In this document: positions 22,454 through 31,283 of the stretch, one piece after another
How the letters are laid out: each line of letters opens with the position of its first letter
Numbering within the stretch: the stretch's first letter is position 1
Assembly (NCBI RefSeq): GCF_011745625.1
Contig: NW_027191497.1
Location: forward strand, 1 to 64,000
Origin: Cladosporium halotolerans
Taxonomy: Eukaryota
Length of the DNA stretch: 64,000 nucleotides
Direction: 5' to 3'
Position numbers and translations under genes: made by a program
Notes under the pieces: model-generated
What the model was told of the DNA's origin: nothing
The model's database searches: none
What the model saw: only the letters and a program-made list of their open reading frames with translations

Positions 22454-23800
22454 CTAATTCTCCTCAACTTTGGCCTTCTTCCCCTTGCCTTCCACCTTGG
22501 CTGCGCTCTCCTCGACCTTTGGTGCCTTCCTCTTCTTCACCAGCCCGCTCAGATCGTTTGCCTGGCTCGTCGCCTGCTGGATCATCTTCGCCTGCTCTGC
22601 CTTGCTCTCGCCCAGCATAGCACCCAGCACGCCACGCAACGGATCCGAACCGTCAGGCGCGCTCGCAGACCCAGCCGTAGTCAAAGCCTGTGCAGGGCTG
22701 CGAAGATCGACAAGCCGGTTCTTCATCTCGGCAACCATAGACTTGTCGTCAGCGATAGTCCGCTTCGTGCTCTCCTGCTTGCTCGCGTCGGCGGAAGCCA
22801 GAGACGCCTCGGCGTTCTTGATGCGCAGTTGGCAGGACTCGATTGCCTTCTCCATCTGTGTAGCCGCTTCGGCGCGCATCTCCTCGTCGACTTTGGGTTC
22901 ATCTTCTTTCGCCTTGGGCACTGCGTTTTCTTCCTCAGCCGGTGCGGTCGGCAACGACGCGAAATCCAGCGCGATTGCCAGTTTGAAGTGTGCTTCGGCG
23001 ATAATGCCGCTCTCTTGTGGGAACAGCTGCAGCTTGAGCGCCAGCGACGCTTTGAAGTCTGAGACAGCGTCGGCGAACTGCTCGTTTTCGAGCTTGATCT
23101 CCGCCTGCAAGTCTTGGGTGTCCGCTAGCCGCTCTTTGACCGCTCGGGCGTCAGCAGAGCCATCTTCCAGAGTCTCCAGTTTGCGACCGAGTAAGACGCG
23201 CGCGACATCGAGGATCTCATACGCAATCGCGAAATCATCGTCTTCCTCTTCGTCCTCGCCCTCGCCGTCACCTTCTTCATCATCATCCTCCCCTTCGCTG
23301 TCCGTCCAGTTCTCGTCACCCGTGATTTGAAAGAAAGGCTTAGCACCTGCCGCAGACGATTTCCCCTCAGCCTCGTCGCCATCTTGCTCTTCCTTGACCA
23401 TCTTCTCCTCTCCGCTCTTCAGCGCCTCTGCGACCGCACCACTCGCAGCGCCAGCAGCACTGCTCTCCGCCTCCGGCTTCGCGGTCTTCCTCTTCTTCTT
23501 CTTCGGCTCCTCAGCTGCAGCTCCGCCACCAGCAACCTTCCCGCCCAGCACATCGCTCTTGCTGACACCTACGTGGTAAAGGCACCGTCCGTACTGGTAC
23601 AGCAAGTCGGCGTTCTCTGGCGACATCTCGCCGTTCAGCTCATCTTGCACTTCGGCGGCTTCAGAGAAGAATTCGGCCGCGGCGCTGTAGTTTTTGAGAG
23701 AGTATTGCTGTGTTGCGCTGGCTTTGAGGTGGGAGAGCTTCTTGTGCAGATCTTCTGGGGTAGCGGTGACGGGCACCGTGGGATCTGTTGTGTCGGCCAT
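22454..23800 (-). CDS. sim3: NASP/Sim3/Hif1-family histone chaperone (SHNi-TPR)
   Basis: TPR repeats (ENADLLYQYGRCLY), acidic insert, DDFAIAYEILDVARV, LADTQDLQAEIKLENEQF..A..D, and C-terminal ANDLSGLVKKRK. Confidence 0.88.
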   Translation of the reverse strand: MADTTDPTVPVTATPEDLHKKLSHLKASATQQYSLKNYSAAAEFFSEAAEVQDELNGEMSPENADLLYQYGRCLYHVGVSKSDVLGGKVAGGGAAAEEPKKKKRKTAKPEAESSAAGAASGAVAEALKSGEEKMVKEEQDGDEAEGKSSAAGAKPFFQITGDENWTDSEGEDDDEEGDGEGEDEEEDDDFAIAYEILDVARVLLGRKLETLEDGSADARAVKERLADTQDLQAEIKLENEQFADAVSDFKASLALKLQLFPQESGIIAEAHFKLAIALDFASLPTAPAEEENAVPKAKEDEPKVDEEMRAEAATQMEKAIESCQLRIKNAEASLASADASKQESTKRTIADDKSMVAEMKNRLVDLRSPAQALTTAGSASAPDGSDPLRGVLGAMLGESKAEQAKMIQQATSQANDLSGLVKKRKAPKVEESAAKVEGKGKKAKVEEN

Positions 23801-23812
23801 GGTATCTTTATG

Positions 23813-23965
23813 GCACGCGATTGCGATTATGAGAAGTGAGGTTTCGAGTGTTACGCGAGGATCAACGTAGAATGCGCAAGGTAAGTAGCCTGACGAAACG
23901 CCAAAAGCTCGGGCCAACCACTCAACGCGTCTCGTCACGCGTCCCCCGCGTCGGCTGCGCGCGAT
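23813..23965. promoter_or_regulatory. MCB (ACGCGT) elements in the bidirectional sim3/DPB2 promoter
   Basis: Perfect ACGCGT at 23925-23930 and 23937-23942, plus further ACGCGA/CGCG cores, in a ~226-bp divergent intergenic region. Confidence 0.7.
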
Positions 23966-24026
23966 TTGACATGTGAGAGCGACATTGCTGGATCCAGAGA
24001 AGACCTCACAAACAACCACACACACA

Positions 24027-26384
24027 ATGGAGCCTCCACCTAGACCTTCAGATGGCCCCATCTTCTCATCCTCCCCAGCATTCGGCACTCCGGCACATCC
24101 CATCCTCCCAGCAGCGCAGCGCCGCCCACTCGCCCCGCCTGCGTTTCGACCCGCTAGCAACAATGTCGCCGCCCCGATCTTGCCTATCCTTCTTCCGCCG
24201 CCTACGCTGCGACCTCTAGCCTTCCGGGTATTTACCAAGAAACACAACCTCACGCTTCACGGCTCGGCGCTCCAAGCCCTCGCGACATTCATCGGCAAGC
24301 AATGCGGTTCCGGCTGGCGAGAAGAGGGCACTGGGGAGAAGGTATTGGACGAAGTCGCGAAGCTATGGAAAGCTGAGGGTGGGAAAGTGATTGTCGAGGA
24401 GTCGGTGCAGTTAAAACGGTTACTGAAGACGCTGGAGGGGAGCATGGTGGGCGGGAGAGTAGGTGCGGTGAAATCGAAGAGCACGGTCAGCAGGCAGAGC
24501 AGCTTTGCCTTCGGGAGCGATTCAGACGGAAGACCAGGACTGGAGAGCCGGGAGAACAGTTTTGGGCTGAGCAAATTGGACGTGGAGGAGCCTGGGAAGG
24601 ATGAGGAAGAGGAGGAGGCGAGCAAGGATCCGAGGGCTTGGATCAAAGTGGTGTCAGCGTTCGCCCAGCCGCGGTTGCACTATGATGTGGACAAGAAGCA
24701 TTTTCTCCCTGCGAGTACAAAAGCGTCGTTCTTTCCGTCGCCTGCAGAGAAGACGGCGGTGTCAAGAGAACGATACAACGTGATCTACCAGCGGTTGCTC
24801 AGGAACGAAGCATTTCAGGCTCCCTCGTACTCTGCGCGGCGGCCGGATAGTATGGCTCAGCAATTCTACAAAATCACACCGATTGCGAATTTGCTTGGTC
24901 GCGGAGGGAGTCAACATCTACTGCTGGGAATGTTGGTTGTTGCGCCCACCGGAATGCTGGCTTTGAACGACCCGACTGGAAGTATCACGCTTGACTTGCA
25001 GCATGCGCAGTCGATGCAAGGAGAGGAGAGCGTCTTCTTCTGCCCTGGGATGATCATACTGGTGGAAGGTCAATATGAGGAAGACTGGGCGGGAGCTGGA
25101 TCGAGCGGTCTTGGAAACGTCGACGGTGTCGGTGGCACTATTGGTGGCAGATTTCTAGGATTCAACGTGAGCGGACCACCCGCGGAAAAGCGAAATGTTA
25201 GTCTTGGTATTGATCTCAAGCCTGGGGATTTGGGCGGCGGTTTTGGTTGGACGGACTTCCTAGGACTAGGTTCTGAGCGAGCTGTTGGTCATCGAATGCG
25301 AAGACTGGAACAGAAGCTACTCGATCCGAGCAGTCACAACGCATGCAGCGAGCCAAGACGGAAGATGGTCATTCTGGGTGAGGTTACACTTGATCAGCCG
25401 TCGACGCTTTCAGCTCTGCGACAGGTTCTGCAACGCTATTCCTCAAGCAACGACGAGCCCCCGATGACCTTCGTTCTGATCGGTAACTTCACATCCAATG
25501 CCGCAATGGCCAACGCTGGAACTGGCAGCATTGAATACAAAGAGCTATTCAACGAGCTAGCCTCAGTGCTCTCCGACTTCCTCCCTCTCCTCCGAACAGG
25601 CACTTGGATCTTCGTTCCCGGCGACAATGATCCTTGGGCGTCCTCCTTCTCTGCCGGAGCCTCCGCTCTTGTACCTCGCGACGGCATTCCAGACATATTA
25701 ACATCTCGAATCAAGCGCGCCTTCGCAAACGCAAAAACTGAACTCGGCGCCCCGGCAGCACAGAAAGACTCCCCCGACGGCGAAGCAATCTGGACCTCGA
25801 ATCCCACCCGCCTCAGCCTGTTCGGTCCCGCGCATGAGATGGCCATTTTCCGTGACGACGCTTCCTCGCGCTTCCGGCGTAATGCAATCCGTATCGGCCA
25901 AGCCACGCGCCAGAACCGCACCGACACGCCGCTTGAAAATGGCGAGACGCAAAATGGCGAAGCTGACCAAGCCATGCCAGGCGCGCTTCCTACTACCGAA
26001 GCCGACCCTGTTCCTGTGGAGACGGACTCCAGCATGCCGGACGTGCCTGCCCAGCCGTCAGCAGCAGGCGATGACCACGCGACGGCCCAAGCGAAGAAGC
26101 TCATCCTCTCTTTCTTGCCTCAATCGACCCTTTCTCCTTTCCCGGCGACGATCAGGCCTACGCATTGGTCGCTCAATTCGGCACTGTCGATGTACCCGCT
26201 GCCGCACGCGCTTGTGCTGGCGGACGCGGACGCTGAGCCGTTCACGCTGACGTTCGAGGGCTGTCATGTGATTAACCCTGGAAGGTTGGTGAGCGGGAGT
26301 GGGAGGAGGAAGGTGGTCAGATGGGCAGAATATGATTGCTGGACGAAGAGGGGCATGGTCAGGGAAGATTTCGTGGCGATCTGA
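24027..26384 (+). CDS. DPB2: DNA polymerase epsilon subunit B
   Basis: LRPLAFRVFTKKHNLTL, RYNVIYQRLLRNEAF, ITPIANLLGR, FVLIGNF, FVPGDNDPW, YPLPHALVLAD and GCHVINPG. Confidence 0.95.
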   Translation: MEPPPRPSDGPIFSSSPAFGTPAHPILPAAQRRPLAPPAFRPASNNVAAPILPILLPPPTLRPLAFRVFTKKHNLTLHGSALQALATFIGKQCGSGWREEGTGEKVLDEVAKLWKAEGGKVIVEESVQLKRLLKTLEGSMVGGRVGAVKSKSTVSRQSSFAFGSDSDGRPGLESRENSFGLSKLDVEEPGKDEEEEEASKDPRAWIKVVSAFAQPRLHYDVDKKHFLPASTKASFFPSPAEKTAVSRERYNVIYQRLLRNEAFQAPSYSARRPDSMAQQFYKITPIANLLGRGGSQHLLLGMLVVAPTGMLALNDPTGSITLDLQHAQSMQGEESVFFCPGMIILVEGQYEEDWAGAGSSGLGNVDGVGGTIGGRFLGFNVSGPPAEKRNVSLGIDLKPGDLGGGFGWTDFLGLGSERAVGHRMRRLEQKLLDPSSHNACSEPRRKMVILGEVTLDQPSTLSALRQVLQRYSSSNDEPPMTFVLIGNFTSNAAMANAGTGSIEYKELFNELASVLSDFLPLLRTGTWIFVPGDNDPWASSFSAGASALVPRDGIPDILTSRIKRAFANAKTELGAPAAQKDSPDGEAIWTSNPTRLSLFGPAHEMAIFRDDASSRFRRNAIRIGQATRQNRTDTPLENGETQNGEADQAMPGALPTTEADPVPVETDSSMPDVPAQPSAAGDDHATAQAKKLILSFLPQSTLSPFPATIRPTHWSLNSALSMYPLPHALVLADADAEPFTLTFEGCHVINPGRLVSGSGRRKVVRWAEYDCWTKRGMVREDFVAI

Positions 26385-26640
26385 TTGGGATTCGCAATCG
26401 GTTAGGGTATTGGCGATTTGTACTGGCGATATACAATGGCAAAGCAAGCGAGGCGTTAGGCGCGAGCTGCAGCAGGATTGATTTGGGCTTCGTTATTCAA
26501 TTCCACTCCTCTCTTGGAGGCACCTAAAACAACACACATCGCCACGGTGCGATCGCGGAAATATTACAATCCGTCGCTGCTCAGAGAGGCCACCCAGTCA
26601 TATTGTTGCAGGCCGTTCACCCTCACGCTAGCAAGAAGGA

Positions 26641-27201
26641 TCAGCTCGAACCATCCTCGCCGGTAGCCTTGTCCTTCCCAATAACTTCAAATTCAACCGC
26701 CTCAACTTGAAAGATAATAGGCTTCCCGCTCGCCTTACAAAGCCCAGCAAACTTCCCCTCCGGCGCCATGACCTCCTCCCTCGTACCCTTCCACCGATGC
26801 CCGACTTGAGCGAAATCTTTCTTGACCCCCAGCCGGTACTTTTTTCCAGAAACTAACTTATCTCTCAATTTCGCCGCGAAAAACGGCTCACGGATCTCCA
26901 CCGCCTGCTCTGGTAACAAGGTAAGGAAGTATTGATCGTCGGAACCTCCTTGAGCACGGTTGTAGGGCACACGTTTTGTGCATTTCTTAGTCTGCACCTT
27001 GCAGAGTTCGCCGGTCTCGACGTTGGTATGAGTGTACCTTCCCGCTCGCTGCGCGAAATACACGTTGAGGATGGCGTTGTAAGTCATAAGGGTGATCGGG
27101 CCGGGGGCGTGGGAGGTTGCAGTCACACCTAGAGTGACTTCGTCGTCCATGGAAAAGGTTGAAGGTATGACAGCGAGAGACACGGTCATGTTCGGTGCCA
27201 T
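26641..27201 (-). CDS. Uncharacterised 186-aa protein without signal peptide (protease-partner family, copy B)
   Basis: Intact ORF and paralog of 15102-15683 (AVIPSTFS, SH..GPIT, YFLTLLPEQ, WKGTREEVMAPEG, SGKPII). Confidence 0.78.
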   Translation of the reverse strand: MAPNMTVSLAVIPSTFSMDDEVTLGVTATSHAPGPITLMTYNAILNVYFAQRAGRYTHTNVETGELCKVQTKKCTKRVPYNRAQGGSDDQYFLTLLPEQAVEIREPFFAAKLRDKLVSGKKYRLGVKKDFAQVGHRWKGTREEVMAPEGKFAGLCKASGKPIIFQVEAVEFEVIGKDKATGEDGSS

Positions 27202-27780
27202 GTTGTACGTTTTTCATTGGAAGGGAGGTGGTAGTTCATGCGATCGCAAAATGCTAGCAGAGGCAGCGGTCGTAAGTTAGATGTCAAGAAAAGGGGAAAA
27301 GTGATTCGTAGCTTCTGACGCACGTTGATGAATTGTATGCTCGCAAGCCGTCGCGTGCCGCCTGGTTTGAAGCGAGTGAATGAGGGTGAGACATTCAATA
27401 TCAATTGCCCGTCTCAAACTCTGACAAGCAACACCGCGGCGATGTCTTCGTCGATTCTCCGTGCTCTTTCGCTCTGGAAACAAACAATGCTTTGTATATT
27501 CACAACACTCGGCGCGAGATACTCGCTACTCGGCTCTGATCATCTGCATAAACTGACGGCTCCTTCGAAAGCTGTGAATGAGGATGATTGCTCAAAAGCA
27601 AATATAGCCACATGGCCAGCATGACCGTATTGCAATTGACGTGGTGACAAGTTTCGATGGAACTGTTTGCTCTCTTTTCGGGGAAGATATATCTACAGGT
27701 TCCATTCAGTAGGTATTCTCCTTTGAGGCAAGGGCATCTACACCAATAGAACTTGTGTACCAGCATCAATCGACCTCACC

Positions 27781-28631
27781 ATGAAAATCATTCTTACCAT
27801 GATCCTTCGGTTCTTCTTGGCTGTCTTAAATCTTGTTGCATACGTCTACGCGGCGCCGCTCGAGGTAAATACCTCTCACAGTCTCGAGAAGCGCGCCAAT
27901 CCCCGAATCGGACCAGGTTTTTCCCGTCAGGAAGTCAGACAAATCAGCGACGGGTTTCAAGATGCCATCAGACTCGCCCAATATGTCGTCTTTGCTCCGA
28001 GCGACATCTTCGATCCGATATTTGTCAAGTACTTTGACATCCGTGATCGCCGCAAGGTCACAGGTAAGCAGATTCCTCGGAATTCGTGGGCGCTAAACGA
28101 TGCTTACATTGTGGAGATGTGTTCAGGCGCATTTTAGGTCTGCCTCCAAATCTCGAGAGCGGAGCGCGTCTTCTGGGCGATATATCCGTCGTAGTGGACT
28201 ACGAAGACGAGGAAGGCGATCTGGCTTGCGATGGCAGCACGGGCGCTGAGTCGCGCAATGTTGCAACCGACCACCTGAACATCATCATCTGCCATGACCT
28301 CGGCTTCGAAAACGGTGGCATCTTCAAAGGCTACCCAGATGTCGACCCAGTGACCTGCGAAAGCCAAAGCAGGCGTGTTTCTTGGAGGATGGAGACGATG
28401 GGCTACGCCTTGATCCATGAATACACACATTGGAACAAGCTTGTGGCGCCGCCGCTGAGAAAAGGAACAGACGATCTGGTGTACGGTCCCTACGGAGTGC
28501 GGGAGATGAGAAAGTCAAGGGCGGTCAACAACGCCGACAGCTACGCTTGGCTGGCCAACGAGATCCTCTGGACAACACTCTGTCACAGAACGTACGGCGA
28601 CCCGCGGCCAGAGGACGACAATCCCGAGTGA
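27781..28631 (+). CDS. Secreted M35/aspzincin (deuterolysin-like) zinc metalloprotease with only a short propeptide, 2 exons
   Basis: Signal peptide ...AYVYA|APLE and Kex2 site LEKR. The intron runs from 28064 (GTAAGC) to 28116 or 28137, both in frame. Motifs are HEYTH (28416-28430), GTDDLVYG and NNADSYAW. Confidence 0.85.
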
Positions 28632-29322
28632 CTTTTTGGCAGCATCGGAAAAACGCAAGTCCTGCAACAAGTATGCGATAAGTTGCGAAGGTGGTCGCGG
28701 TGTAGGCTGGTGCGCAAGATGAGGTGAGGTGAGAAGCTCGGAAAGAGGTACCTCCGCAGTGGTGATGTTTCCCCGGAAGTACGTGGATACCTTCATCATC
28801 GCGACTCCGTTATTGCAGTTCCCAGTCCCCAATGCAATAGCATCAGCTTTGATAGCACCCTTTTCGGGTATATACATGAACGAAGCAGAGGCTTCTTCGC
28901 CGGCTTGCTTTGAGACTGACATTGGCGAACACAGCCGTCACTGCGCAAATCTCTTATTCAGATTGTGAGTGAATGCGAAAAATCTGATCCAATACTCAGA
29001 TGACATGTCACAATGAAAAGAAAAATACCGAGTCTGATGATCACGGTGCTCTACCGAGTGTGATGAGCTGGGCTGGAAGTTGGCCACAGCCAGCAGCAAC
29101 GCTTGCGCGACTCCATCGCAGCAAAAGTGGATCGGGCTGACGGCTCTCCAACCGAATTGCCGGGTTCGTCCTTTCACACAGACCGACATCGCGACGTTGG
29201 TCGGCGCAACACGTTGCCTTGTGCACCAAATATCTACAAGGATAGAAAGCATACCCAGACTGCTTTTCCAATCAAGTCCAGCATCTTTCGTTGCCACCCA
29301 TTGCCCCTCCAAGTTCCCCACC

Positions 29323-30383
29323 ATGACCTCCAAATACAGCAAGCAAGATCTATACGATGTCAGCGGTCTCGTAGCAGTTGTCACAGGAGGTCTGTCGATC
29401 CATTGACATGTAAAGCAAGAGAACATGTTCATTAATGCTAAGCTCATTTCAGGCGGCTCCGGACTGGGCTTGATCATCGCCCGAACGCTGGAGGCGAACG
29501 GAGCCAAAGTGTACATTACCGGCCGTAATGAAGAAAAGCTCAAAGAAGCCATAAAACTCGCCGTACGTTCGCTACAACCATCCATTAAAAGGATACCGTC
29601 GGACCCAGCTTACACCTATCAGCAACATGGCAACCTCATTCCCATCCCCGGCAGCACAACTTCGCAAGCCGACCTCCAACGCGCCGTCGACACCATAACC
29701 TCCGAAACAGGCTACATCGACCTGCTAATCAACAACGCGGGCCAAACAACCTTCGACAGCTCGCCCAACGCCCGGCCCAAACCAACCCCCGAATCCACCG
29801 CTGCCGAAGTCCGCGACTATTACTTCAACTACCGCCCCGCCAGCCTCTGGACCTCGACGCTGGAAACAAACGTCGCAGCCGTCTTCACAACCAGCATGGC
29901 ATTCCTCGAACTCCTCGCCGAAGGCAACAAGCGCCGCGCGGCGGGCAAACCAAGCAGCCAGATCGTGGCCATCGGCAGCGTGGGCGGGCTGACGCGACAC
30001 ACGGACAGCTTCATCTACAACGCCAGCAAAGCGGCAGTGCACCACTTGATGAAGAACCTGGGGACGCACTTTGTGCCGTTCGACGTCAGGTGTAATGTCA
30101 TTGCGCCGGGCTGTGAGTCGTCCCTGCACTCTCCCTTCTCACATTTTGCAGGAGCTAATGCATCGCAGGGTTCCCGACAGACATGACGGTGCCCGTGACG
30201 AAGATGTGGGAGCACACCGGCGGCGTGATGCCGAAGACACTAGTCCCCGCGCAGAGAATGGGGGCGGAAGAGGAGATGGCGGGGACGGTGCTGTATCTCG
30301 CTAGCAAGGCGGGCGGATACTGCAACGGGGCGGTGCAGCTTGTCGACGGAGGCTTTTTGGCGAATCATGCGGGGACGTTTTAG
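29323..30383 (+). CDS. Short-chain dehydrogenase/reductase, multi-exon
   Basis: VAVVTG|GGSGLG, LLINNAG, YNASK catalytic motif, VRCNVIAPG and GAVQLVDGG. Introns are GT-AG. Confidence 0.92.
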
Positions 30384-31061
30384 AGGCGGAAGTTCGACTG
30401 GGGGTGGCGAAAGGCGATAGGGGTGGGGTGGTATAGAAGGCGTGGGGTATTGCTGGCGGTGGCGTTTGTGGCCCTGATTCAGCCTCAAGCGGTGAGCTAT
30501 CTGCGTCTAAAGACGGTGACGAGGAGGCTTGGTTCACCCCCGTGCGGTGAGGCTTGAGATGAGATACTGAAAGCAAACGAAGAGTGAAGGAAGTCCAAAG
30601 GCAGAGTCGACTGTGTGGTCATGGAAGAAAGACGGTATGTGGATTGCGATATCTTTCGATAGCTTGGTAGATACAATTAGACCCTGTCAGGCATTTACAT
30701 ACAACAGTGCGCCAAAAGCATGTGCTGGAATCTGTTGCCTTGCTTCGCATCCCATAACCGACCAAAAGAAAATGATGTCTCCAGGTATTCCTCAAGAAGG
30801 TGGGTAAGTGTGCCAAAGAAAATAGTCGGAATCAAGGAGCGTAGTATCGCGCTGTCCAGAACGCCGTGTTGTTGATATCCGTCGGCAAAATGCCAGTGTC
30901 GCAGAAATTCCGAAATGGTAGTGTGAAATGCAGAACGCCGCTCGCTAAACCAAGCAAATTGATAGTGTGTGTTGGTGATTTACTACATGAGCACGAGCTT
31001 TTACAGTCGTGTTGCAGTAGCGTGGCAACCCGTCGGTCGAGACGAGCCTGCTGCCAGTGCA

Positions 31062-31283
31062 TTACTTTCTTTGAGGAGGAAGACCGAAAGTAGAAGCCGG
31101 TCTGGAGGGAAGAGGCGAAGGCGGCGGCACACAGACCTCGTCAGCGGCAGCGACACGAAGGGAGAGGTCGTTGCGCGGTTTTGTTGCCGAGGCTTTGAAG
31201 GCGCGGGCGATGTCGTCTGTGCTGAAGGAGTCGTTGCGCGGCAGGCGCGGAGCCTGGGCGGGCTGAGGAAGAGAAGAAGTCAT
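31062..31283 (-). CDS. Candidate small (73-aa) Pro/Ser-rich protein
   Basis: The ATG sits in a strong fungal context (accatcacacaaaATG) after a C/A-rich leader. No homology recognised. Confidence 0.4.
   Translation of the reverse strand: MTSSLPQPAQAPRLPRNDSFSTDDIARAFKASATKPRNDLSLRVAAADEVCVPPPSPLPSRPASTFGLPPQRK

Noticed and set aside
22470..23330. Long antisense ORFs (also 17404-18291, 46128-46961, 60373-61164)
   Set aside because: They lie opposite well-supported genes and are expected from GC-rich codon bias.
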